NCBI GenBank assembly: GCA_028030915.1
Contig: GCA_028030915.1_4867.1
DNA from: a phage
Direction: 5' to 3' (one strand)
DNA: 64,000 nucleotides
Within the stretch, counting starts at the first letter, position 1, and each line of letters starts with the position of its first letter. The translations under genes and the position numbers were made by a program. Of the stretch, positions 45,091 through 55,700 are shown one piece after another. The notes under the pieces were generated by a model that was given only the letters and a program-made list of their open reading frames with translations, was not told the origin of the DNA and ran no database searches.

Positions 45091-45933
45091 TTATATCGGG
45101 AGATAGTGAAGGATGAGATTACCGGCGTAGTTGCTGTCCGCAGCTAGCTTGATAATCGCCACACGCTGATAATCGGGGTTGTAACTATCGTTCGGTGTGA
45201 CTGAAGTTATCCCCATATATCGTGCACCTTGAAGCGCAATTTGTTCAGGTTGGGCAGTCGCCCCCGTCACATATGCAAACTTTAATGGCACCACTTCGTT
45301 AAGCAATTCAACATCCGCCGCGGTGATTGCGCGGTTGTAAGCCCAATCGGTAGTGAACTGTTTTTGCAGTTCAGTCCAATCGTAACCATACGCCACATAC
45401 TCAGCCTGTGGTTTACTAGCAACCACGAACGGCGCGATAATTGCGCTGAGGTCAACATCCGTCACCACGTCCGCCAAGTTCGGGAAGAACTTCGCAAAGC
45501 GTAAACGGAAACCACCTTGCCAGGCCAAGCAACCAGGCTTAATAGTCACATCGATTAACCAGCTTTCTCCCAAATCTTTTACTGACTGGTCAACGATATC
45601 GTCGGCAACTAAAGACAAGCCGTATTTCGCATTCAGAAACGGCAACAACTCAGAGAGTTTATTTACCGGGTCGGCAACGACTACCGGTATTACGTTCCTG
45701 AACAGAATTTCCATTTCGATACGGTCGTATTCGAGCGTAACGTTGCCTTTGTAGCCCTTGCCGTTCAACCCGTATAAGAGCACACGCGTATTCCGGTCAG
45801 CGCCAGGCGTTTGGACAGACTCAGGGAAGCCAGTTGCAACCTGCTCCCATGTGAGTGGATTGGCCGTTAATCCGTTCTGTCGGTTAATAGCATCTAACAA
45901 CATCTCTTTCGAGGGCTTATCGTAAATAGACAC
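45091..45933 (-). CDS. paralog-family protein, 280 aa
   Basis: ...LLDAINRQNGL...NVTLEYDRIEMEILF; C-terminus ...LILHYLPI. Confidence 0.6.
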   Translation of the reverse strand: MSIYDKPSKEMLLDAINRQNGLTANPLTWEQVATGFPESVQTPGADRNTRVLLYGLNGKGYKGNVTLEYDRIEMEILFRNVIPVVVADPVNKLSELLPFLNAKYGLSLVADDIVDQSVKDLGESWLIDVTIKPGCLAWQGGFRLRFAKFFPNLADVVTDVDLSAIIAPFVVASKPQAEYVAYGYDWTELQKQFTTDWAYNRAITAADVELLNEVVPLKFAYVTGATAQPEQIALQGARYMGITSVTPNDSYNPDYQRVAIIKLAADSNYAGNLILHYLPI

Positions 45934-45943
45934 CTATACCCTC

Positions 45944-46741
45944 CTAGTTGTTAAAGTGTAGGTTGAGGCTGCCCTGGAAGTTCGTACATTTATCGGTCAG
46001 TTGCACTGACACGACTTTCGCGAACGCCGTATTTGCTCCCGGCAAGTCTGCAGGTACGCCGTCGAATACGACAGTGGCACCACGCAGGTTATACGGGGAT
46101 GGGGTATCTTCAGCTACCCAAATCTCAGGAACACATTTGTTGAGTTCGATTGCCAACGCCGTGTCATCTACCTCGATACCGACCGCTAAGAGGCTCAGGA
46201 AACGAGAGATGTGGCTACAATCGATGTCACGCGAATAGATATACGCCTGACCCAACTGGATGTCCTGGTGATCCGGGTACAGAAGACCGCTCAACTCTGT
46301 ATTGGTTACTACTTCTGCCAGAGGTGTAGCAGGTTTCAGCTCGATGACCGCTTGACTTCGCCACTCGTGGGAAGTTTCAACAGCAACGACTGTGTGCGTC
46401 TGTCCATCAATGGGGTTATCTTCGATATCCTCAGGTAAGATAGACAGATTAAAACGCTCGTTAATCGCCGCGAGTAAGTCGTGCGTGGTTTGCACGTCCT
46501 CGTCTCCAAAGGCAACATCGCCTTTAAGGTAGTCCTCTAATGGACGACGATGGTAGTCCACAATCACTTGCGTACCTTCATCACCGCGCATCTTCGAGGT
46601 AAGGACTACCTCCGAATCACGACCGTCTACTGACACAACCTCCGGCAGTCCGATATCAACATCGTCAAAGGTAAGCGGTGGGCTTATCTTATTCTCTTCG
46701 TTGATGAGTTTTAGCAGATTCTGTTTTGAAGTAAAAGACAT
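45944..46741 (-). CDS. paralog-family protein, 265 aa (first gene of the array)
   Basis: ...LLKLINEENKIS...VIVDYHRRPLEDYL; C-terminus ...LNLHFNN. Confidence 0.6.
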   Translation of the reverse strand: MSFTSKQNLLKLINEENKISPPLTFDDVDIGLPEVVSVDGRDSEVVLTSKMRGDEGTQVIVDYHRRPLEDYLKGDVAFGDEDVQTTHDLLAAINERFNLSILPEDIEDNPIDGQTHTVVAVETSHEWRSQAVIELKPATPLAEVVTNTELSGLLYPDHQDIQLGQAYIYSRDIDCSHISRFLSLLAVGIEVDDTALAIELNKCVPEIWVAEDTPSPYNLRGATVVFDGVPADLPGANTAFAKVVSVQLTDKCTNFQGSLNLHFNN

Positions 46742-46839
46742 CGCGTTAACTCGAGTTAAGGGATTATTGAGGTCGTAAGATTTTTAGACCCCCTGCCAGC
46801 ATATTAAAAGCGTAGTGCGTACCAGAATCCGAACAAGAG

Positions 46840-46892
46840 CAAACAAAAAAAGAAAAGGAAACAAAAAAGAAGGGGAGCCGAAGCTCCCTTTT
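46840..46892 (-). terminator. rho-independent terminator
   Basis: - strand aagggagcttcggctcccctt followed by cttttttgtttccttttcttttttt. Confidence 0.55.
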
Positions 46893-46894
46893 CT

Positions 46895-47326
46895 TCACGA
46901 CTTCGGCAGTTCCCATTCAGGATAGACGAAGCTTCCATTGTGTTCTTTGTAGTGTTTGTAGAGTTCCTGGACAAGATCAGAAATCTTATCCCCGCACTCT
47001 TGAAACCAACTATCCCAGCAAAAGTGCGGGAAGTCGTTCCACGAATAAGATACCTTGTCATTGAAAGCTTCCCAACTGACATACCACCAATACCCCTTCT
47101 GCAGTTCATAGGCATCCCAGAACATATACCCACTAGACGTTTCGTATACCACGATAATCCATTTGACATCGTTCGTCCCTTCGTCGCAGATACCGAATGC
47201 GTGGTCAGTGGTGTCGAACGTGTAGTCCGTCTTATAGGGTTTGTTTTTGTTGTTTATCCGAATACGTGCACCCTTCGGCATCAGAGCATGGAAAGTATCG
47301 CCGTTCAGCTTTTTGATTACGTTCAC
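46895..47326 (-). CDS. hypothetical protein (143 aa, Trp/Tyr-rich)
   Basis: ORF with terminator downstream; overlapping alternative ORFs judged spurious. Confidence 0.5.
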   Translation of the reverse strand: MNVIKKLNGDTFHALMPKGARIRINNKNKPYKTDYTFDTTDHAFGICDEGTNDVKWIIVVYETSSGYMFWDAYELQKGYWWYVSWEAFNDKVSYSWNDFPHFCWDSWFQECGDKISDLVQELYKHYKEHNGSFVYPEWELPKS

Positions 47327-47347
47327 GACTTTATCCTCAATCGTCGA

Positions 47348-47566
47348 TTAACAGACCCACACGAGGCCGTTATTCTTTGGGCGGTCTTTAACACCGTAGG
47401 TTACTTCAACATTGTCAATCATTTTATCGCCGTCTTTCATTGTTTTCATGAAAGCTTTGGCTTCTGCTGCAGACATTTTCAGCAGCAGGTCAATCATGTC
47501 AGGCTTACGTTTGGCGGTGGTTTCAACAACAGGTTTGATTTCAGATTTGGAGAAGAGGTTGCGCAT
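47348..47566 (-). CDS. hypothetical small protein (72 aa)
   Basis: compact ORF in the gene string. Confidence 0.4.
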   Translation of the reverse strand: MRNLFSKSEIKPVVETTAKRKPDMIDLLLKMSAAEAKAFMKTMKDGDKMIDNVEVTYGVKDRPKNNGLVWVC

Positions 47567-47627
47567 GGGATATTCCTTTTTTGTAGATTGCAGGTTGATT
47601 GGCGGGACTTTGCCCGCCGGGTTATTG

Positions 47628-48074
47628 TTAGTGTACTTCTTTTTCTAAACGCAGGCGATGCGTCGCTAAGGCGATTGCACGGTTTTCGAATTCAAGACTG
47701 AATGGGCTGATTTGTGCCATGTATTTCTTTACGATATCGTCAGAGACAACTTGACGACGATAATCACGAATCATTTCAGCAAAGCTGCTAGTAGGAAGTT
47801 CATCGTATTCGATTTCCATACCACGTTTATTGATGTAGTACGAAGCAATCATGTCGTTAAACATTACATCGCCGGCTTCACCTAGAGGGAACTCGTCGCG
47901 AGTAGGTTCTGTGGTCTGGAACGTGGCTTCTTTGGCGTTGGCGATAATCTCTTCGAAGTCCTCAGTAGTGAATTCGCTAGGGTCTTGTTTGTTGGCCGCC
48001 ATCACGATTAGGAAAGAAATCATAATCGGGTTTTTGCTAGCGTACTTAGTAAGTTCGTTATTCAGAATGTACAT
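47628..48074 (-). CDS. hypothetical protein (148 aa)
   Basis: ATG 48074 with aaggag SD; conserved intergenic motif about 63 nt upstream. Confidence 0.55.
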   Translation of the reverse strand: MYILNNELTKYASKNPIMISFLIVMAANKQDPSEFTTEDFEEIIANAKEATFQTTEPTRDEFPLGEAGDVMFNDMIASYYINKRGMEIEYDELPTSSFAEMIRDYRRQVVSDDIVKKYMAQISPFSLEFENRAIALATHRLRLEKEVH

Positions 48075-48129
48075 GTTAAAACTCCTTAAGATAATGGTCG
48101 ATTAGATAAGAGTTAATGGTTAACTCTCA

Positions 48130-48155
48130 CCTAAGTAATATATATCTGAAAATAA
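48130..48155 (-). promoter_or_regulatory. conserved intergenic motif copy 2 (variant atatatatctgaaaa)
   Basis: between the terminator at 48171..48209 and the ATG at 48074. Confidence 0.3.
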
Positions 48156-48170
48156 TTGTAATCGGACTAG

Positions 48171-48209
48171 GCAAAAAAAGAAGAAGCCCTACTCCCGAAG
48201 GAGTAGGGT
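48171..48209 (-). terminator. rho-independent terminator
   Basis: ccctactcc-cgaa-ggagtaggg hairpin with - strand T-run cttcttcttttttt. Confidence 0.6.
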
Positions 48210-48245
48210 ACTGCTTTATTCGCTACCCTTGGTATAAGCGTCATC

Positions 48246-48674
48246 CTAGTTGATGTGGAGTAGAGTGTCCTTCAACGCCTTCTGCTTTTCGTACGACTGA
48301 CGACACAAGGAAGTCAGCGTCGAATACGCCGTGCCGGTACGCACCGGTAATTCGCCACCCGCTTCGGTGGGTTCTGTACGAACAAAAGACCCTTCTTCAA
48401 ACGGCGGCGCTGCGTGTGGGAAGTTCTTTTTCATGTATCGCTTATACCAGCCGGCCACAACACGGATAACTTTTGGCATCTGAGATCGTCGGTCACGTAC
48501 TTTCTTCCCGTGCATCTGATTCATCTCGGAAGACATGCATAGCGAGGTGTACTGACTGAATCCGTCACTGACCCACTTACCGTCCTGGACCAGTAATTTC
48601 TTACCAACTGCTACAGCGATTCTCGGAGAGAAAATGACCGCACCATCTCTACGTTTCTTAGGCTTAAGCATCAT
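48246..48674 (-). CDS. hypothetical basic protein (142 aa)
   Basis: ORF; Lys/Arg-rich; N-terminus MMLKPKKRR resembles the start of the upstream gene (MLKPRKQKR). Confidence 0.5.
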   Translation of the reverse strand: MMLKPKKRRDGAVIFSPRIAVAVGKKLLVQDGKWVSDGFSQYTSLCMSSEMNQMHGKKVRDRRSQMPKVIRVVAGWYKRYMKKNFPHAAPPFEEGSFVRTEPTEAGGELPVRTGTAYSTLTSLCRQSYEKQKALKDTLLHIN

Positions 48675-49467
48675 TATCGTCCTTGTATAGGGAGTCGTAA
48701 GGGCTGTTAGTGTTCATGTTAAATTCTTGTTCTACTTCAGGATGTTGTGAAAGGGAATCCAGAAAGATCGGTTGATATCCACCCTCTGTACGTTTCTTTA
48801 TCATTTCAAGGAACGACTTTCCATCAGGAACATCAGGTGTTGATACTAACACCGTGTCAGAGACTGTCGGTAAACGCGTGCAGCCTTCAGTGTTCAGCTG
48901 TAGTACCGCGTCTGGTGCGATGTGTCTGATGTTAGGAAACTTCAACGCGATCTCTTCCATCTTCGCTTTCAATGCATCACCGTTTAGCAGCGGTACAGTC
49001 GGCGTCATATAAGCGAACTCAACATCTCGATCGGCCACATAATCGCGTAAGTGTTTTCGGGCTGCTACTGTAGCAGAAACTTGCTCTTTATTAGCGTTTA
49101 TGCCGATGTCATTAAAGCGTTTTAGTTTGTCTAAGAAAACGCTAATGTTTTCCTTCGGCATAGGGCGTGGGAACTTACGCAGAAAATAAAGTTGTTCGCG
49201 GCCAGGCACCCAGCTGAGTACCCAGCACGCTTTTAGTGTACGGAAGATATCACGATAGGGTTTCTTCTCTTGAAAGAAATCCCCTTTTAACTGGCAACGG
49301 TCTTCAACCATTGCCTGGAGTTGGGTGGCTACGTTGGCCATTGCCGACCAGGTGATAAGACGACTACGGTGTTTACCCACGTAGAGACGTCCACCTGTAA
49401 CACGACGGGACTGTGGATGTACTATTTTGACAAACTGTAATCTTTTCTGTTTGCGTGGCTTTAACAT
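48664..49467 (-). CDS. hypothetical protein (about 267 aa)
   Basis: start refined to ATG 49467 (aaggag SD 7 nt upstream); the listed longer ORF would begin without an SD. Confidence 0.5.
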   Translation of the reverse strand: MLKPRKQKRLQFVKIVHPQSRRVTGGRLYVGKHRSRLITWSAMANVATQLQAMVEDRCQLKGDFFQEKKPYRDIFRTLKACWVLSWVPGREQLYFLRKFPRPMPKENISVFLDKLKRFNDIGINANKEQVSATVAARKHLRDYVADRDVEFAYMTPTVPLLNGDALKAKMEEIALKFPNIRHIAPDAVLQLNTEGCTRLPTVSDTVLVSTPDVPDGKSFLEMIKKRTEGGYQPIFLDSLSQHPEVEQEFNMNTNSPYDSLYKDDNDA

Positions 49468-49544
49468 TTTAATACTCCTTATGGTCGTAACTAATTTGAA
49501 ACTGTTGCTTTTAAGGATTAACGAACAGCCTGCCAACCTCTAAT

Positions 49545-49961
49545 TTACTCATCTTTTACCTCGAAACCGTGACTACGGAAATACTCGATGGCCGCAGAAC
49601 GTTTACCTACACAGGAGAGTTTTTCATAGAGCAACTCAAGGAGTGTTTTTGGTTCCCAACGTTGCTCTATGAAATAGATTAGGGCACCCAGGTTCCGTCC
49701 TAACATCTTGTCACGCAGATCCGCATCTCGTCGGGCATCCCGTAGCTCGTCTTCGAGTTTCCGGTTCTTAGACTGTTCCTCAGAAAGTAGTCGTGTAAGC
49801 TTACGGCGTTCTTCGAAAGATTCATCAAGATTTCTCTTCCACGCTTCTTTCGAAATTTCCAACTCAGTCTTTGATAGGCTGAGTTCCAATTCCAGTATTT
49901 CTAATTGGCGGCGCAACTGTTTTTTCTCCTGAAACAGGCCGAACATGTTTTCTCCTTGCAA
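49545..49961 (-). CDS. hypothetical coiled-coil protein (138 aa)
   Basis: charged heptad-like sequence LRRQLEILELELSLSKTELEISKEAWKRNLDESFEERRKL. Confidence 0.5.
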   Translation of the reverse strand: MQGENMFGLFQEKKQLRRQLEILELELSLSKTELEISKEAWKRNLDESFEERRKLTRLLSEEQSKNRKLEDELRDARRDADLRDKMLGRNLGALIYFIEQRWEPKTLLELLYEKLSCVGKRSAAIEYFRSHGFEVKDE

Positions 49962-50011
49962 TAGCCCTGTCGATTCTGTTACGAATTTCTGCTAACGTTA
50001 ACGGTTCCCAC

Positions 50012-50317
50012 TTAAAATCCATTGTGACCTCCCTGTGCGATGTATAACGCACATTTCGCATTGAGTGCTTCGATATTAGCGATAAGTATCATCACCCCGC
50101 CGAGTGTTCGTGGTACGCGAACTGCTTCGTACTCGCGACCTTGTGTACGGACACAATATTCATCGCCCAGGAACGCGATTTCGTAATACTCAGCACGTAA
50201 CGGTACAAATGACTGTAGCAACATATCTGCGGTTTGATAGTCGTCAGTCAGTTTCCCGCCCTCGAGTAAATATTTCTGAATCTCGTGAATAGTCAGTCCC
50301 CGTAATGAAATAGACAC
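50012..50317 (-). CDS. hypothetical protein (101 aa)
   Basis: GTG start with aaggag SD; overlaps the upstream gene by about 74 nt in another frame. Confidence 0.45.
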   Translation of the reverse strand: MSISLRGLTIHEIQKYLLEGGKLTDDYQTADMLLQSFVPLRAEYYEIAFLGDEYCVRTQGREYEAVRVPRTLGGVMILIANIEALNAKCALYIAQGGHNGF

Positions 50318-50669
50318 CGGCTTCTCCTTCGTGGTCGATTAATAACAGTTCAGGTGGCACGTCATAGTCGATGGGTGCGGACTCCTCCATCGCGCTATAC
50401 AATCGCTGACAGAACTCTCTGGAAGTTTCCAGGTGCCCTCTTGACACATGTCTGACATGTGGTATGTTAGGATGATAAAACTCGCCGTAGGTTATCGCTA
50501 ACTCAACAAACCATAGACATAGTTCTCTTGGCCCGTACCGGTTATAAAACTTTATCACCCCAACATCAAACATCTTGTTGTAATGCGGTAAATCGCGATA
50601 ACGAAGTTTTAGTGTACCTACACCGATGCGTTGAAGCTCGATAGAGATAGCTACGTCTATGGTTACCAT
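50244..50669 (-). CDS. hypothetical protein (141 aa)
   Basis: ORF in the gene string. Confidence 0.5.
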   Translation of the reverse strand: MVTIDVAISIELQRIGVGTLKLRYRDLPHYNKMFDVGVIKFYNRYGPRELCLWFVELAITYGEFYHPNIPHVRHVSRGHLETSREFCQRLYSAMEESAPIDYDVPPELLLIDHEGEAGVYFITGTDYSRDSEIFTRGRETD

Positions 50670-50692
50670 TCACAATCACCCTTATCTACCGA

Positions 50693-51076
50693 TCAGTTAA
50701 ATCCGGTATATTCGTTGATGCTACCGTCCTTGATATACACGCCTGGCGTCAGTGCAACTTTACGTGGATCGTTATCAGCACGCTCACTGTTACACTGAAC
50801 GTTCCACTCGTTGACTAAGCGCTCCATTTCGCGCGATGCATATAGGCGCACGTCTGTAACCAGCTCGCTGGCCTCACCCAGATGCGTTGCGTGAAGCACG
50901 CTGTTCTCCAGGCTGTAGAGTTTAGCGAGCAGGATTTTGTTAAGTTCTAACGCTGCTTTTGCAACGAGTGCATACCCTTGACGTTGTCCGTCTGTGCTTG
51001 CATTCAGTAACGTCAGCTGATGGTTTTTCATGTGTTCGATTGCCAGTGCTAAGTCGGTGTTCATTGGCATTTCCAT
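50693..51076 (-). CDS. hypothetical protein (127 aa)
   Basis: ORF; start overlaps the upstream stop. Confidence 0.5.
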   Translation of the reverse strand: MEMPMNTDLALAIEHMKNHQLTLLNASTDGQRQGYALVAKAALELNKILLAKLYSLENSVLHATHLGEASELVTDVRLYASREMERLVNEWNVQCNSERADNDPRKVALTPGVYIKDGSINEYTGFN

Positions 51077-51396
51077 TAGTATTTATCCTCACGGTTGCTA
51101 AACTCTTCTAACATCTCGTCGTACACACTCCTGGTATCTTTTAATCCCTGGACGGCCGCGTCATAGACACGACGCGCAGGGGACGTAAGATGGTAGTGCC
51201 CAATACGTTCGATAATGTCGTGACAGCGACTTATGTGCGTGCAGAGCCTACTCGCATTAACGCCCAGTTCCGCGAGGTCGTGTCTTAACTGCAAGTTATC
51301 GGCCTGTACACGACGGTTAGCGGCAGCTAATTCTCGGTTTTCTTCGTACAGTTGTTTTTGTCGCTTGTTAATCAGCGCCAGTAACCAGTTCAACAT
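51076..51396 (-). CDS. hypothetical protein (106 aa)
   Basis: ORF in the gene string. Confidence 0.5.
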   Translation of the reverse strand: MLNWLLALINKRQKQLYEENRELAAANRRVQADNLQLRHDLAELGVNASRLCTHISRCHDIIERIGHYHLTSPARRVYDAAVQGLKDTRSVYDEMLEEFSNREDKY

Positions 51397-51406
51397 CCTG
51401 TCCCCC

Positions 51407-51925
51407 TTAACGCTTCAGATAGATAACGTTATGGTTTTCGTACTTCGCGTCTACCCAGGAAAATTCCCAGTAATGTCTCGGACGATCGGCGATTTTCATG
51501 TCCAGTTCCAGTATACCGTCTAAAGGTACCTGTCTGAGCACCTCTACGATGCTCTGCAGCTCGTTACGAGGCCGGTCGTGGATTAGCTCCAGATAACGCT
51601 CCAAACGCGCAGGCGTCGCTACAGTGCGAATATGAGTACGTTTATCATCGTCGTGCAGGTAAAGGAAGTTTGGTGTGCGTGGAACGTACCAGTGCCAGGT
51701 ACCGATATACGGACCAGGCTGATAATCAGACAGTTGCTTGATTGCATTTAATACCGACGAACAACGGAAATACCAGATGTCCCATTCATCACGAGGGAAC
51801 AGTTCCGCGACTTTCACTTTCAATGGGTCGATACTAATATCCCCCGCAGCCAATACTTCCGGGGCAACGCCCGATTCTAAAACGTTACGTTCCCGTTTGG
51901 TATACAGGTTCATGATAATATTCAC
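51407..51925 (-). CDS. hypothetical protein (172 aa)
   Basis: ORF in the gene string. Confidence 0.5.
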   Translation of the reverse strand: MNIIMNLYTKRERNVLESGVAPEVLAAGDISIDPLKVKVAELFPRDEWDIWYFRCSSVLNAIKQLSDYQPGPYIGTWHWYVPRTPNFLYLHDDDKRTHIRTVATPARLERYLELIHDRPRNELQSIVEVLRQVPLDGILELDMKIADRPRHYWEFSWVDAKYENHNVIYLKR

Positions 51926-51952
51926 TTAATGCTCCTTAGGATTTAAAATAGC

Positions 51953-52306
51953 TTACTGTTTAGCCCAGTATTCGGCTAACGTTTGGTCACCTTTACCGAT
52001 GCGAGCATGAATGCCCATTTTACGCAGCCGGTACAGTTCAAGGGACATGGTGTTTAGTTTGATAAGATTTACGTCCGTTGGACTCTTAAGGCAATCGTCT
52101 AATACATTAACGAATTTATCCAGCGCCTCTTGCGGAACTTTACCTTCTGGGTAGTCGTACAGTGTTATCACTTTAAAGGTGTAACCGTCGATATTCGACA
52201 ACTGTTTTACAGCTTCACCGATATCACGATTTATCATCGGTGTCCTATTGAGACGCATTGGTCTGGCAACACCGATTACTCTACTCATTGACCACCCCCA
52301 AACCAC
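51953..52306 (-). CDS. hypothetical protein (117 aa)
   Basis: ORF; overlaps the upstream gene by 26 nt. Confidence 0.5.
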   Translation of the reverse strand: MVWGWSMSRVIGVARPMRLNRTPMINRDIGEAVKQLSNIDGYTFKVITLYDYPEGKVPQEALDKFVNVLDDCLKSPTDVNLIKLNTMSLELYRLRKMGIHARIGKGDQTLAEYWAKQ

Positions 52307-52613
52307 TTACAGTGGATGCTGCGGGGACATCCAGGTTATTCATCCATAGCGACAGCTTGTTCATCTTCGCTGCGGTCTCTGGGCTAGGGTTATTGCGCAA
52401 TTCACTTAAAGCCATCGCATACTGGGTTGCCAGTATTTGACTGCCGTAGAAAGCACCACGGCTTACAGGCAGCGCCTCGAAGCGTGCATCGAAATTGTTT
52501 GCTTGGTTAAGTTCTTTAACAGTGCTCAGAATGGCTTCTTGCATTCGAAGTTCACCGTCGCCTTCAAGGTCAGTTGCCTGACGCAATACCGCAATGTGAT
52601 AGACTTTGGACAT
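52281..52613 (-). CDS. hypothetical protein (110 aa)
   Basis: ATG 52613 with aaggag SD; conserved intergenic motif about 68 nt upstream. Confidence 0.55.
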   Translation of the reverse strand: MSKVYHIAVLRQATDLEGDGELRMQEAILSTVKELNQANNFDARFEALPVSRGAFYGSQILATQYAMALSELRNNPSPETAAKMNKLSLWMNNLDVPAASTVSGLGVVNE

Positions 52614-52675
52614 TTTAATTGCTCCTTAATACATGACATAAGCTCTGATTGAAACGTAAATTTCAGAGGTTCACT

Positions 52676-52700
52676 GAGATAACATCTATCTGAAATAAAA
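52676..52700 (-). promoter_or_regulatory. conserved intergenic motif copy 3 (aacatctatctgaaa)
   Basis: between the terminator hairpin of the 1005-aa gene and the start at 52613. Confidence 0.3.
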
Positions 52701-52736
52701 TAAAGCGTACCAGCCACCCCGAAGGATAGCTGGTAT
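52696..52736 (-). terminator. hairpin plus T-run (terminator of the 1005-aa gene)
   Basis: taccagc...gctggta stem with - strand T-rich gctttattttat. Confidence 0.4.
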
Positions 52737-52740
52737 ACAC

Positions 52741-55700
52741 TTAATTAGTTTCGAGCGGATCGTCTGGGATAGTAAACGTTATATCGAGTGAAGCTGTTGT
52801 GTGGTCGGGTATTGCCAAGTCACGATAAATATCATGTCCTGGGCCATGTTCTTTATAGAGGAGATACAACCCGATTGCACGCATCGCTTCTCCAGTATAA
52901 AACCCAAAAGCCTGACCGTTATCCGTGGTAGGATTTGCCCACGGAGACCAGGCACCGTTAATGGCTTTTCCTGGAATGTCGGTGACGGTGAAGTTGTCAC
53001 CCATCTCCTTCATCCCCATATCCATAATACGGCTCAACCCTTCCACTGTACAGCCAGCCATTGCCGCATAAGCGCTGCCTGCTATCCAGAGCGCACACAT
53101 ATGTGCTGTGAAATCATTCTCTACCCATACCGGTTTATTTGGTGCCGTAGGGAATTCATTCGGCGTGTGGTTGTCAAAGCGGTCTAAGAACCCTACGAGC
53201 CACTTAGCCCAATTTTCAACGTACTCTACTAGCTCTGGTGGAACCTCTTTACCACGCACAACTAATTCGTACCAACAACGCGCAGCGGCGTTATACGCGC
53301 GTGGCTGATAACCTGCCCACGGATGTCCATCTCCCCAATGGAACGTTGTCCACGTATCTGCCGGTCCGTAAGTGTAGTTATCCCAACGGTTCCAAATATA
53401 CGCCGCACAACCTGGACCTAACTCACCTAGCTGCGCCTGGTAGTTGGTTTGTGAATCGTGCATAAACCGAATCTGATTTAAGAGCCAGACTTTGTAGCGA
53501 TCATCGGTGTGTATGGTGTACATAAACGGATACTGATAGCCAGGATACGGCATCCCGTGCCATGCACCTAGCTGATACGTTCCTTCCGAATAAATGTTCG
53601 AGAACGGTATCGTTCCTGGACAATACGCGAGCGAGTCAAGACGGTAATCTTTTATCGTACAATCGCCCACTTTACCCGTAAATGCAGAACCTCCCCGAAT
53701 CGCGATGCGAAACGTTAATGTCCAGCCATCATCTGCATTAAACAGTGGCGGAACATCGTTTACGCAATACCAGCTAAAGTGCGCATTCTCCACAGCCGAA
53801 TCGGGCAGTATGGTTACCTGATCGATAGTTGTGTAGTTTGGCGCAGACGGTTTTGTTTCGACATCAGTATCGTGGTCAGGTTGATAGCCCGAGAGTGTTG
53901 CGTCTTCAGGGCGAATAATAACCTGTTTCCATTCCCCGTTAGTCGCGGGCAACATCCACCACCAACGCCACTTGTTGGTATCTTCGAAACGGAAGTTGAA
54001 ATCGGCATCAGCACGATAGACAATTGACTGTGGGGGCGCAACTCCAGCATCGGTTAACCAGAAACCGATAATGAAGCCCGCATCGTCGTTCGGGAATAAC
54101 GCTTCTACGATTGTGCCTGAACGACCATCGTAGATGTTGCTCTCAAACTTCTCCTGCCACGTACACCCACCGTAATCTGAACATGCTCGCGCATCGGCAA
54201 TGATGTAATCTTCGCCGTTGGCCGGATTAGTCATTCTGGCCAGATGCCCTAAACCGATGTCATGCTGTTTTACTTCCATCGATGTTGATCCTGGAAGCGT
54301 ACAGCCGTACCAGTTTACTTCTTCAGTATCCGCTTTGACGGGGTTAATATCCACCATCACTTTACACGCAAGTGCATCACCGTTGTCGCAAACACCGCCA
54401 TATGTCACACGTAACTTCGATTGACTGTTTATCCTGAAACGCACGGCTTGCTGTTCCATAAAGTTCTGCACAGCTTCCTCAGAACGGAACACAATATCAC
54501 CATTTTCATCACGACTGTAAGCGACCTCAACGGTGCTGGGGTATTTATAGTCGTACGAGATACCATCTGTAAATGGTGTTTCGGCTAGCTTAGAACGACG
54601 GAAAAACTTGTCCTTCGCATCGATATACGTGTACTCGTGCGCTGTATAGAACACGGAGTCTAATGCGGCTTTATAGCGCGGTTCACCTGTGATACGCCAG
54701 AGCAGATAACAGGCATCAATAAACCACACCTCAGCATCTGCCGCGTTACCCATCTGGTTGACAGAGCCTTTTAACGGGGTATGAACCGGACGGTTGTGCC
54801 ACGGCTCATTGCGGTCAAACAAATATCCGCCGTGCTCTACAGGTACCTGGGAAGCGTAGTTAATCAAATATACACCGTTAATACTGGTGTCCTTTAATTG
54901 TACGGTTCCTTTCTGGGCATCAGGTAAACCGGATTCGATGACTTCGCCGTCTTGAACCTTCTCACCCGTCCACACAACAAACCAGTCAGGTTCGTACCGC
55001 GGACCTTTCGAGGTAGAACCACCCCATATTGGGGTATATCCGGTTGGGTCGTTTAACATCCTGTTCCAGTCCACCCACGCTTTTACATCGTAAGGTTTCT
55101 CTGGATTGGTGATTAAGTAATCAGGGACTTTAGACCAGTCAATTAACCCGTCTTCCGATTCCTTAATTTTCTGTACGTCAGCATTAACCGCTCCCCAGGT
55201 AGGATGGCCACGATGTGCAGAAAAGAAATTGTTCAGATATTCACCAAAGAACGGTGCGCCTTGGGGTATCTGACAACGCCCGTTCGTAAACGTTACCGGT
55301 ACACACTTGTAACCACCGTGGGTTGGCTCGGTCGGATGCACCGGATAGTCTGACAGCACCGGTTCTTTACCGTTAACTAGCCAGTTACAAATCCAACGTT
55401 GCGGTGACTCAGGAATGGCCTGACCTGCGTAATAGTAGGTAGCGTACGCTTCCCATGCATGAATCGCCGCATCTAACCACATCTGGTTTTTGGTAGCAAT
55501 GTACATGTGACAGTAGCCAATAATCAGCAACGATTGACCTTCTGTGGTGGCGTCACCATTAGGTTGATACACTGCCATGGAGTCAGCAATGAAATGCCGG
55601 TTATTAGATAGCACCCCTTCTGGGTTAATCAGATAATGGTCATTGTGGGCGTCGTTAGTTAAGCCGGTGTTTCGACGAACAAAGTCCTGATGTCCGTAAG

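Noticed and set aside
46804-47701. Alternative ORFs 46804..47169 (-) and 46940..47701 (+) overlapping 46895..47326
   Set aside because: Mutually exclusive with the gene string on the - strand; the + ORF would be the only + gene in a long - strand block; the 46804 ORF runs through the terminator hairpin and T-run.
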